Part shown: positions 1 to 8,148 of the stretch, piece by piece | Numbering within the stretch: position 1 is the stretch's first letter | How the letters are laid out: every line of letters starts with the position of its first letter | NCBI GenBank assembly: GCA_963786935.1 | Contig: CAWBAN010000001.1 | Span: 1,440,001 to 1,504,000, forward strand | Source of the DNA: an uncultured bacterium | GTDB taxonomy: Bacteria; Krumholzibacteriota; Krumholzibacteriia; Krumholzibacteriales; Krumholzibacteriaceae | DNA: 64,000 bases | Direction: 5' to 3' | The notes under the pieces: generated by a model | What the model saw: the letters and a program-made list of their open reading frames with translations, nothing else | What the model was told of the DNA's origin: nothing | Database searches by the model: none | Made by a program: the position numbers and the translations under genes

Positions 1-142
1 CTACCTTTCTGCGAATTCTGCGAACTTTGCGTTTCAGCTTCCTGACTTTCCTCTTCGCTTTCGCCTTGACGACTTTCTTCTTGATCTTCACTCTCCGTTT
101 CACCTTCGCTTTGACTCTTGCCTTCTTAATGGCTTTTGGCAT
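1..142 (-). CDS. Very Lys/Arg-rich small protein, histone H1/Hc1-like; 3' end runs off the window
   Basis: Manual translation from ATG 142 gives MPKAIKKARVKAKVKRRVKIKKKVVKAKAKRKVRKLKRKVRRIRRKV with no stop before the edge. AAAGGAG RBS upstream. Not in the ORF track. Confidence 0.75.
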   Translation of the reverse strand, partial: MPKAIKKARVKAKVKRRVKIKKKVVKAKAKRKVRKLKRKVRRIRRKV

Positions 143-259
143 TTCTCTCACTCCTTTGTGAAAGTTGAAAGCCCGCCATCGCCTCTTTTGCCTGCGTTGC
201 CTCGCGTGATGTGATGCATTTAGAAGTCGCGCAACGCATGCACCGAATTAATTGAGCCC

Positions 260-289
260 ATGTTATTCACTTGAGAAAAAATGTGTCAA
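260..289 (-). promoter_or_regulatory. Sigma70-type promoter for the basic-protein gene
   Basis: TTGACA (289-284), 18 nt spacer, TAACAT (265-260) on the minus strand. Confidence 0.6.
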
Positions 290-292
290 GAC

Positions 293-314
293 TTTTTGAA
301 ATTATTTTCAAAAA
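293..314. promoter_or_regulatory. AT-rich inverted repeat, possible operator
   Basis: TTTTTGAAA-ttat-TTTCAAAAA (9-4-9) just upstream of the minus-strand -35, between divergent genes. Confidence 0.4.
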
Positions 315-477
315 TATTTTCGCGCCGCGTCGCTTCGCGCGACACGAAACGATCATGCATTCGTCCGAAACGAGCACGCGCTCGACGACGGGGCTCATCG
401 ATTCGCGCGTGTCGCGGCGCGGGCAATCGCGCGCCGAATCGATGCGACGCCGCGGCCGCCGCGAGAGGCGGCCCGCA

Positions 478-506
478 TTGACACGGGCGCGCCGTGTAGT
501 TATCAT
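478..506 (+). promoter_or_regulatory. Sigma70-type promoter
   Basis: TTGACA (478-483), 17 nt, TATCAT (501-506). Confidence 0.7.
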
Positions 507-529
507 TCGGTAACCCGCGCTCGACGCGG

Positions 530-1549
530 ATGCACCACGGAGCGTATCGAATGCGACAGGAAGCGGTATTCATGCGGAGCGAGGAAACGCTCTTCGCGTT
601 TCTCGCGGAGCGACTCGACGGCGTGTTCGCGCGCGGCGACCGCGTGGCGATCAAGATGCACATGGGAGAGCCCGGCAACACGCGCATCATCCCGGCGCCG
701 TTCGCGAAGCGAGTCGGCGGGTGTCTCAAGCGGCTCGGCGCCAAGCCGTTCATCTTCGACTCGCCGGTCGTGTACCGGAGCCCCCGCGGCGACGAGCGCC
801 GCTATCTCGAGACGGCGGCGGCCCACGGATTCTCGAAGAAGGAGCTCGGCTTCCCCGTCGTCGTCTCGAACGCCGGCGTCCCGGTGAAGGGATCGCTCAT
901 GACCTACCGGGTCTGCACGGAGCTGCTCGAGGCGGACGGCGTGCTCCTCCTCTCGCACGTCAAGGGACACGTCGCGTGCGGCATGGGGGGCGCCGTCAAG
1001 AACGTCGGCATGGGATGCATGGCCAAGGAAACGAAGGGCGCCATCCACGAGGGGGGCGAGCCGGTCTACGGGAAAGGCTGCACGCAGTGCGGCACGTGCG
1101 TCGAGAACTGCCCGACGGAGAACATCACGCTCGACGAGACGGGGCCGCGATTCGGCGCCACGTGGTGCCCGGGATGCAGTAACTGCGTCCTCGTCTGCCC
1201 GGCGAAGTGCATCCGGCCCCGCGTCGCGACGTTCGACGATCTCCTCGCCGAGGCGGCGGCGCTCGGGCACGGACGATTCAAGAAGCGTTTCTCGGTGAAC
1301 GTTCTCAGGAACATCACGAAGTTCTGCGACTGCATGTCCGACCCGGGACCGCTCATCGCGCCGGACATCGGGTTCGTGTGCGCGGACGACATGGTCGCGG
1401 CCGACGCCGCGACCCTCGAGACGATCGCCCGCGAGACGGGGCGCCCGGACGTCTTCGCCGAGCACCACAAGCACTCGGCCGGGGAGCACGTGCGGGCGGC
1501 GGCGCGGTTCGCCGGCGTCGACGCGTCCGTCGCCGTGAAGGAGATCTGA
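530..1549 (+). CDS. DUF362-domain protein with 4Fe-4S ferredoxin insert (start may be 551 or 572)
   Basis: VAIKMHMGE, SHVKGH, GGAVKNVGMG, two CxxCxxCxxxCP motifs and CDC, typical of DUF362 Fe-S proteins. Confidence 0.85.
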   Translation: MHHGAYRMRQEAVFMRSEETLFAFLAERLDGVFARGDRVAIKMHMGEPGNTRIIPAPFAKRVGGCLKRLGAKPFIFDSPVVYRSPRGDERRYLETAAAHGFSKKELGFPVVVSNAGVPVKGSLMTYRVCTELLEADGVLLLSHVKGHVACGMGGAVKNVGMGCMAKETKGAIHEGGEPVYGKGCTQCGTCVENCPTENITLDETGPRFGATWCPGCSNCVLVCPAKCIRPRVATFDDLLAEAAALGHGRFKKRFSVNVLRNITKFCDCMSDPGPLIAPDIGFVCADDMVAADAATLETIARETGRPDVFAEHHKHSAGEHVRAAARFAGVDASVAVKEI

Positions 1550-1550
1550 C

Positions 1551-3254
1551 GTGGCGGGGAGCGCCATCACGTTCGCGCTGCTCGGCCCGGGGCTCGGCGG
1601 CGTTATCGACGTCCTCGCCGGCAATCCGATCGTCCTCCTCTTTTCGATCATCGGGCTCGGCTTCCTCCTCGGCAACATCAGGATTCTCGGATTCAACCTC
1701 GGGGTCGCCGCCGTCCTCTTCGTCGGCATGGCGTTCAGCGCGCTCGACGGGCGCCTCATCCTCCCCGATCACATATACGTCATCGGGCTCGTCCTCTTCG
1801 TGTACGCCATCGGCCTCCAGTCGGGCACCGGGTTCTTCGCCTCGTTCCGCAAACGGGGGCTGCGGCTCAACGTGCTCGCCGTCGCGATCCTCTGCGCGGG
1901 AGCGGCGATCGCGGTGATCCTCAAGAGCGTCATGGGGCTCTCCGCGCCGAGCGTCGCGGGGCTCTTCTGCGGCGCCCTCACGAACACGCCGGCGCTCGCC
2001 GCGACGATCGAGACGATCGACAACATGAAGGGAGCGTTCCCCCCCGAAACGGCGAAGCTCTACCTCGAGAGCCCCGTCGTCACCTACGGGCTCGCGTATC
2101 CGTTCGGCGTTCTCGGCGTCATCCTCTGGTTCTTCTTCTTCGTCAAGATATTCAAGATCGACTTCGCGAAGGAAGAGGCCGCGCGCCTCACGGAGTCGGG
2201 CGCGGGGAGCATCGTCAGCAGAACGTTCAAGATCACCAATCCCGCGATCGACGGCAAGACCGTCGCCGGCGCGCTCGCCGCGCTCGGCGAGCCCGGATTC
2301 GTCCTGAGCCGCATCAAGCAGGGAGACGTGATCTCCGTTGTGCTCCCGAATACGGTGCTCTCGCTCGGGAATCTCGTCGTCGCCGTGGGCAATCCCGACA
2401 CGCTCGAGCGCGCCCGCATCGTCTTCGGCGAGTTGAGCGCCGAGCACCTTCCCGAGACGTCGGGGAACATCTCCTACCGGCGCATCTTCGTTTCGAACAA
2501 GCGGGTGATCGGCAAGACGCTCCGCGAGCTCGATCTGCACAAGCTCTTCGACGCGACGATCACGAGGCTCCGCCGCGGCGACGTGGATTTCGTCCCCGCT
2601 CCCGACACGATCCTCGAGGCGGGGGACCGCATCCGCGTCGTGACGCGCCGCGACAACATCGACGCGATCTCGAAATTCTTCGGCGATTCGATCCGGTCCA
2701 TCTCCGAAACGGACTTCCTCTCCCTCTCGCTCGGCGTCGTGCTCGGCGTTTTTCTCGGGATGATCGCGTTTCCGCTCCCCAACGGGATGGTCTTCCGGCT
2801 CGGCTTCGCGGGAGGGCCGCTCATCGTCGGCCTCATCCTCGGCAAGATCGAGCGCACGGGGCCGATCATCTGGGGGCTCCCCCTTCCGGCGAATCTCGTC
2901 CTCAGGCAGGTCGGGCTCGTGTTCTTCCTCGCGGCGATCGGCACGAAGGCGGGGCCGGGATTCGGCGCGACGTTCAAGACGGGCGGATGGGGGCTTATCG
3001 CGGCCGGCGCGCTCATCACCACCCTCGTCGCCGTGGGGGCGATTCTCGCCGGGTACAAGTACCTCAAGCTCCCGATGTCCGCGGTCATGGGCGTCGTCTC
3101 GGGGATGCACACGCAGCCCGCCTGCCTCGCCTACGCGAACCAGCAGGCGGCGAACGAGCTGCCGAACATCTGGTACGCCGCGGTGTACCCCGCATCCATG
3201 ATCGCGAAGATCCTGCTCGCGCAGATCATCGTCTCGTTCCTCCTCGTGGCCTGA
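1551..3254 (+). CDS. Aspartate:alanine exchanger (AspT/YidE/YbjL) family transporter with TrkA-C domains
   Basis: GLFCGALTNTPALAA, YGLAYPFG, two RCK_C-like repeats, duplicated TM module. Confidence 0.9.
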   Translation: MAGSAITFALLGPGLGGVIDVLAGNPIVLLFSIIGLGFLLGNIRILGFNLGVAAVLFVGMAFSALDGRLILPDHIYVIGLVLFVYAIGLQSGTGFFASFRKRGLRLNVLAVAILCAGAAIAVILKSVMGLSAPSVAGLFCGALTNTPALAATIETIDNMKGAFPPETAKLYLESPVVTYGLAYPFGVLGVILWFFFFVKIFKIDFAKEEAARLTESGAGSIVSRTFKITNPAIDGKTVAGALAALGEPGFVLSRIKQGDVISVVLPNTVLSLGNLVVAVGNPDTLERARIVFGELSAEHLPETSGNISYRRIFVSNKRVIGKTLRELDLHKLFDATITRLRRGDVDFVPAPDTILEAGDRIRVVTRRDNIDAISKFFGDSIRSISETDFLSLSLGVVLGVFLGMIAFPLPNGMVFRLGFAGGPLIVGLILGKIERTGPIIWGLPLPANLVLRQVGLVFFLAAIGTKAGPGFGATFKTGGWGLIAAGALITTLVAVGAILAGYKYLKLPMSAVMGVVSGMHTQPACLAYANQQAANELPNIWYAAVYPASMIAKILLAQIIVSFLLVA

Positions 3255-3315
3255 TGCGCCGGCGTCTCGATCGTCCCCGGCGCCCGCTCATGTCAAAACA
3301 GGTCGCCCGCCGCCG

Positions 3316-3344
3316 TTGACTTCTCCGGCATTTTGCCGTACAAT
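3316..3344 (+). promoter_or_regulatory. Sigma70 promoter implying a leaderless transcript
   Basis: TTGACT (3316-3321), 17 nt, TACAAT (3339-3344), then 7 nt to ATG 3352 with no RBS. Confidence 0.7.
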
Positions 3345-3351
3345 TAACGGC

Positions 3352-3870
3352 ATGAAGAAGATCGTCGCGCTCGCCGCCGCCCTGCTCATACTCTCCCCTG
3401 GTCTCGTCCGGGCGGTGGACGTGGACGTGCAGGCGGAGGATTTCACGAACTCCTACAACATCGAGCCCGAGATCATCCGCGCCGACGGCGGATCGCTCCT
3501 CGGCCTCGACTATCCGGGCGAGTGGGCGGAGTTTCATTTCGCGGCCTCGACGTTCGGAACATACACCGTGATGCTGCGCTGCTGGGGCAACGCGAACGTC
3601 CCCTACCATTTCCATCTCGCCATCATGCCCGTTCAGGGGGAGGATCCACAAACAATCGAGATCAGCTACATCGGCAAAGGCTTTTGCGGAGCTTGAGGCA
3701 CCGCGCTCTACCCCACCGGGAGTGGGGTCAGGATCTTCGAATCCCCGCTCACCTTCAGGCTGATATTCGTGTCGGGAGAGAACAACGCCTGGATCGACTG
3801 GTTCCGTTTCTCGTCGGCGACCGCGACGGAGAGCCAGTCCTGGGGAGCGATCAAGAGCCTGTTCCGCTAG
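3352..3870 (+). CDS. Predicted selenoprotein: secreted CBM6/CBM35-like beta-sandwich protein with CxxU motif, 172 aa, UGA at 3694-3696 read as Sec
   Basis: Signal peptide MKKIVALAAALL; QAEDF and GEWAEF motifs; FCGA-TGA then in frame GTALYPTGSGVRIFESPLTFRLIFVSGENNAWIDWFRFSSATATESQSWGAIKSLFR-TAG; hairpin after the UGA. Confidence 0.8.
3710..3728 (+). promoter_or_regulatory. Candidate SECIS hairpin 1
   Basis: ACCCCAC-cggga-GTGGGGT, a 7-bp perfect stem starting 13 nt after UGA 3694-3696. Confidence 0.7.
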
Positions 3871-3914
3871 AGCCGACGCCGAGCCGCGCCGGAATCCCCC
3901 CGCCCACCCCCACC

Positions 3915-5894
3915 CTAGAACTCGATCGAGGAATAGAGCGAGTACATGTCGGTTTTCGATTCCGCCTCGCCGGATGAGGTGATCGCGTCGTTGTCGACCC
4001 GCTCGTAGCGCAGCCGGAGCGCGCCGATCTTCTCGAACTCGCGCCGCAGCTCTGCGACGATTCCGCGCCGGCGCTCATCGAGGGGGGAACCGGTGCCGTC
4101 CCGCCACCTTTTGCTTTCGAGCCAGCCGAGCTCCGCGCCGAATCCTCCCCTGAGGACGAGGTCGAGCGAGGCGCCGGCGAGGGAGATCTGCGCGCGATCC
4201 GTCTCGCTCGGCGCGAGGTCGGCCTCGCGGAGCCTCTTGTAGAAGAGATCGATCGAAACGCGATCGTCGAAGAGCGGCACGCGGGCCGACGTGCGGAGCC
4301 CTTCGGTGTTCTCCTCGTACGAAAGGGCGGCATAAGGCGTGGCGTATCCGCGCGAGAGCCGCAGGTAATCGACGAGCACGGCGGGGCCGAGCGGCTTCTC
4401 GATCACGATCCCCCCGAACCCTCCGCTCCCCCGGTGGAATTCGTCCACGTACTCGAGACTCTGATTCAAGATGCCCTTTTCCTTGGTGTCGTTCCACGCG
4501 ATGATCTCGCCGCGCAGACGGGCGTATCGCACGATCGGCGCCTCCGCCGTGAAGCTCAGCGTCCGCGTTTGGATCCACGGATCCGCGGCGTAATATCCGA
4601 GCCCGACAAAATCGACCGAGTTTTTGTTCTCGAAGCTCGCGATCGCGTGAGCCGCCGCTCTCCAGAACGATCCGGTCCGTTCGTCGAGGCGCTGCCACCG
4701 CAGCTCGGCGCCGGCGATCTCCTGCGAGTATTGCGCCCGCTCCTCCCCGCCGTAGCGGTACGCCCCATAGTCCGTTTCGAGCTCCCGCCGCGGGATCGCA
4801 TAAAAAACACGCGCCTCGAAATCGGCCGCGGAGTATGTCGCGTGCGCCCCCTCGAACGTGAGAACGGGCCCGAGCTCCTCGAGACTCTCGAGAAGGAGCA
4901 CCCCCGCGGCAGCGCCGCCGCACCCGCATCCCGCGTCCCCGCCGATGCGCGGATTGTCGTCCCAGTCCCAGCGCATGAGCGTGAGCGGCGTCATGAAGAT
5001 GTCGTAGTACCCGAGCCTGCCGATGAATCCCCCCGCTTCGACCTCGGCGAACGCGCTTCCCCATTCCGACCCGAGGTATTCCGGCCCCGACGCGAGAACC
5101 TCCTCCCCTTCGTTGCTGATTCTGAGGAGGCCTCCGGCGCGCAGCGACTTCGCGAGCCTCAGCGATCCCTCGACCTCGAGCCGGTACTGCACGCCGCGCT
5201 GCGTGCTCGCCGGTTCGCCGTAGAGCCCCGTCGCGTCATCCCCCTGCGCGTCGACGGCGAGAAGCCTGATCCGCTGCAGCCCGTGATAGGAAAACGCGAT
5301 TCCCCTCGCGGGCGCCGCCGGAACGGCGGCTTGCACCGGCTCGCCGGACGCGCCGGGCGCTTCCGCGCTCTCCGCGGCGGCGACGCTTCCCTCCCGCAGC
5401 ATCTCCTCCATCGCCGCGCCGGCGTCTCCCTCGGGATCGAACCGGATCCCGCGCACGATCCCTTCCCGGTCGACGAGAATCAGCGCAAACGCCTCGAAGG
5501 GGATACCGTAGCTCGAAGCCGCCATTCCTCCCGCGTCGAGCGCCTGCGGGAACGTGATGCGGTTCGACTCGATCGTGCCGCGGACGGCGAGCCGGTCCCC
5601 GTCATCCGTATTGATGCCGAGGACCGTGATGTCCTCTCCTCCATACAGGCGATAGAAGCGTTCGCAGCCGAGGAGCGATTCGACGCAGTGCGGGCAGCTC
5701 GAACGCCAGAACACGAGAAACGTCTGCTCGTGCCGCGGGAAGAGTCCGTCCGACCGCACGGCATCTCCGCCCTCCATGAGACGCAGCTCGAACGAGGGCG
5801 CCGCCCGCCCCGGCTCGACGGCGAGCGCGGGCGCCGCCGCGCAAACGCACGCCGCGATCGCGATCGCGGCCCCGGCACGGAACAGTCGCTTCAT
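3915..5894 (-). CDS. Exported TlpA/redoxin-domain protein fused to a probable outer-membrane beta-barrel
   Basis: Signal peptide; APSFEL...FWRSSCPHC thioredoxin-fold motif; Ala/Pro linker; amphipathic beta-rich C-terminal half ending YSSIEF; internal GCGCGG. Confidence 0.7.
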   Translation of the reverse strand: MKRLFRAGAAIAIAACVCAAAPALAVEPGRAAPSFELRLMEGGDAVRSDGLFPRHEQTFLVFWRSSCPHCVESLLGCERFYRLYGGEDITVLGINTDDGDRLAVRGTIESNRITFPQALDAGGMAASSYGIPFEAFALILVDREGIVRGIRFDPEGDAGAAMEEMLREGSVAAAESAEAPGASGEPVQAAVPAAPARGIAFSYHGLQRIRLLAVDAQGDDATGLYGEPASTQRGVQYRLEVEGSLRLAKSLRAGGLLRISNEGEEVLASGPEYLGSEWGSAFAEVEAGGFIGRLGYYDIFMTPLTLMRWDWDDNPRIGGDAGCGCGGAAAGVLLLESLEELGPVLTFEGAHATYSAADFEARVFYAIPRRELETDYGAYRYGGEERAQYSQEIAGAELRWQRLDERTGSFWRAAAHAIASFENKNSVDFVGLGYYAADPWIQTRTLSFTAEAPIVRYARLRGEIIAWNDTKEKGILNQSLEYVDEFHRGSGGFGGIVIEKPLGPAVLVDYLRLSRGYATPYAALSYEENTEGLRTSARVPLFDDRVSIDLFYKRLREADLAPSETDRAQISLAGASLDLVLRGGFGAELGWLESKRWRDGTGSPLDERRRGIVAELRREFEKIGALRLRYERVDNDAITSSGEAESKTDMYSLYSSIEF

Positions 5895-5994
5895 GAAGAT
5901 CTCCTCCCCGATCCGTTCCCCGTTGAAGTTTCCTCGCGCCACCAGTATATTCGCACCTTCGGGGCGCTCAAACATATTTCGCGGGGTTATCGGG

Positions 5995-7329
5995 ATGCAT
6001 GTCGACCGGCGCATGAACATCGAAATCGTGAAGCTCTCCGGGCCGGTCATGATCGGCATGCTCTCGCACACGATGCTCCAGCTCGTGGACACGGCGATGG
6101 TCGGGAGGCTCGGAATCGCCCCCCTCGCCGCGGTCGGGCTCGCTTCGCTCTTCCTGCACGTCACGGTCCTCGCATTCGGCTCGCTCGGCGTCGGCACGCA
6201 GGCGATCACGGCGCGGCGGCACGGCGAGCGCCGGTTCGACGAGTACCCGCGCATCGCGCTCAACGCGTTCGCCCTCGCCCTGGCCGTCGGCATTCCCGTC
6301 TCGATCGCGGGCGGCTACCTCACCCCGTGGATCTTCCCGAAGCTCGCCGCCGATCCGGCCGTCGCGCGCGAGGGGATCGCCTATATGAGCATCCGGTTCG
6401 GCGGCCTCTTCTGCGTCATCGCGATGATGACCCTCGGCGGGTTCGCCTACGGCGCCGGCCGCGTCAAGATCGACATGATCGTCTCGGTCGTCGTCAACGG
6501 ACTCCATATCCTCCTCAACTACCTCCTCATCTTCGGACACGCGGGCTTTCCTCGCCTCGAGGTGCGGGGGGCGGCGATCGCGTCGGTGATCAGCACGGTT
6601 ATCGGGATGCTCCTCTACCTCGCCCTCGTCCGCTTCAGGATTCTCGGGGGGCTTCCGGCGCCGCGTCCCGGCGCGCAGCTGTCGAAACCGCTCATGGCGC
6701 GGATCGTGCGGATATCGGGGCCCCGCGCCGTCCAGAGCGTGACGATCGCGGGATTCGTCGTGTTCCTGAGCCTCATCGGGCGGATCGGCGTCGGCGAGCT
6801 GGCCATCAGCAACGTCATCTTCAAGGCGTTCGACCTGTCGTTCATGATCGGGCTCTCGATCGGAACCGCCTCCGCGACCCTCGTCGGGCGCAGCCTCGGG
6901 GAGCGGAATCCGTCGCTCGCCGCGCGATACGGATGGCACGCCGCCGCGATCGGCTCCCTCCTCATGGGGATCATCGGGGCGTCGTTCGTGTTCTTCCCCC
7001 GTGCGATCATGGGCGTCTTCACGGACGATCTCGCGGCGATCGAGAAGGGAACCGCCGTGTTCAGACTGCTCGGCGCGTTCCAGTTCATCGACGCGGTCGG
7101 CATCATCCTCTCCCGCACCCTCCAGGGGGCCGGCAGCACCCTCTACGTCATGCTCGCCGAGATGGCCTGCATGGGCGGCATCCTCCTGCCGGTCTCCTAC
7201 GTGTCGGTCGAAATCCTCCACCGGGGAATCCTTTCCGCGTGGTGCGCGGTCTATCTCTACATCGTCTGCTTCGCCGCCGCGATGGCGTGGAAATTCAGGG
7301 AGGGCGGCTGGCGGCACATCGAGCTGTGA
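5995..7329 (+). CDS. MATE family efflux transporter
   Basis: VDTAMVGRLG, NYLLIFG, GAAIAS, LVGRSLG, LQGAG motifs; about 12 TM. Confidence 0.9.
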   Translation: MHVDRRMNIEIVKLSGPVMIGMLSHTMLQLVDTAMVGRLGIAPLAAVGLASLFLHVTVLAFGSLGVGTQAITARRHGERRFDEYPRIALNAFALALAVGIPVSIAGGYLTPWIFPKLAADPAVAREGIAYMSIRFGGLFCVIAMMTLGGFAYGAGRVKIDMIVSVVVNGLHILLNYLLIFGHAGFPRLEVRGAAIASVISTVIGMLLYLALVRFRILGGLPAPRPGAQLSKPLMARIVRISGPRAVQSVTIAGFVVFLSLIGRIGVGELAISNVIFKAFDLSFMIGLSIGTASATLVGRSLGERNPSLAARYGWHAAAIGSLLMGIIGASFVFFPRAIMGVFTDDLAAIEKGTAVFRLLGAFQFIDAVGIILSRTLQGAGSTLYVMLAEMACMGGILLPVSYVSVEILHRGILSAWCAVYLYIVCFAAAMAWKFREGGWRHIEL

Positions 7330-7340
7330 GCGGCCCGGGC

Positions 7341-7361
7341 CCGCCCCGCGGGGCGGCTTTT
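7341..7361 (+). terminator. Probable intrinsic terminator after MATE gene
   Basis: CCGCCC-cgcg-GGGCGG followed by CTTTT. Confidence 0.5.
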
Positions 7362-7421
7362 CCTTGACTTCGTCTTTATATTATTATATGAGTATATAGG
7401 AATACGAGAAAGGGATCTTCG

Positions 7422-7781
7422 ATGACGTTCGACGCCGGATCGATGCCGTTCGAGCTCGTGGCGAGGCGCCTCAAGGCGCTCGCCGATCCCTCGCGGCTCG
7501 CGGTGCTCCGGTTCCTCTGCGACGGAGAACGGTGCGTGACCGAGATCGTCGATGAAACGGGGCTCGCGCAGGCGAACGTCTCGAAGCACCTGCGCATCCT
7601 GCTCGGCGAGGATTTCGTCCGCGCCCGCCGGGAGCGCCGGAACGTGTTCTATCGCCTCTCGAACGGAATGAGCGAGGAGATATGCGCGATCATCTGCAGG
7701 TCGATACGGGAACGGGCGTCCGGCGAGACGCGCGCGCTCGCGCGCTTCGGGGGCCGGAAACGCGCGCGAAAGGCCGGTTGA
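7422..7781 (+). CDS. ArsR/SmtB family transcriptional regulator
   Basis: LKALADPSRL...CVTEIV...QANVSKHLRIL...VFYRL; TTGACT at 7364 in an AT-rich upstream region. Confidence 0.9.
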   Translation: MTFDAGSMPFELVARRLKALADPSRLAVLRFLCDGERCVTEIVDETGLAQANVSKHLRILLGEDFVRARRERRNVFYRLSNGMSEEICAIICRSIRERASGETRALARFGGRKRARKAG

Positions 7782-7786
7782 ACGTC

Positions 7787-7945
7787 ATGGTCAAAGTCCT
7801 CATTTTCGTCGCGGTCTGGATCGTCGTTATGAAATTCGTCCTCCCGCGGCTCGGGGTGCCCACCTGAATGTCGCAGACGTGCGGGATCGGGGACCGATCC
7901 GCGGCCGAGAAACACGACGAATCGAACGAGGGAGCGAAGAGGTAG
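7787..7945 (+). CDS. Predicted small single-TM selenopeptide, 52 aa, UGA at 7865-7867 read as Sec
   Basis: MVKVLIFVAVWIVVMKFVLPRLGVPT-U-MSQTCGIGDRSAAEKHDESNEGAKR-TAG; read-through ends 5 nt before the next ATG; hairpin after the UGA. Confidence 0.65.
7881..7902 (+). promoter_or_regulatory. Candidate SECIS hairpin 2
   Basis: GC-g-GGATCGG-gga-CCGATCC-GC starting 13 nt after UGA 7865-7867. Confidence 0.6.
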
Positions 7946-7950
7946 GCGTC

Positions 7951-8148
7951 ATGCCGATTTTCGAATACGAATGCGGGAAGTGCGGCAGGCTCTTCGAGGA
8001 GCTCGTCATGAGCGCGGGCCAGGAGATCGCGTGCCCCTCGTGCGGCTCCGCGGACGTCGAGAAGCTCATTTCCCGGATCGCCAAGAGCTGCGGCGGATGC
8101 TCGTCGTCGGGGGGCGCCTCGTGCGGCCCCACCTGAGGAGGCTGCTGA
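7951..8148 (+). CDS. FmdB-family zinc-ribbon protein, predicted C-terminal selenocysteine (CGPT-U-GGC); ends 8136 if UGA is a stop
   Basis: MPIFEYECGKCG...CPSCGS motif; TGA 8134-8136 followed by GGA GGC TGC TGA giving UxxC; hairpin with GGUC loop downstream. Confidence 0.7.

Noticed and set aside
8146..8148. Second UGA in the zinc-ribbon gene as another Sec
   Set aside because: It directly abuts the hairpin, and further read-through would run through the terminator with non-protein-like sequence.
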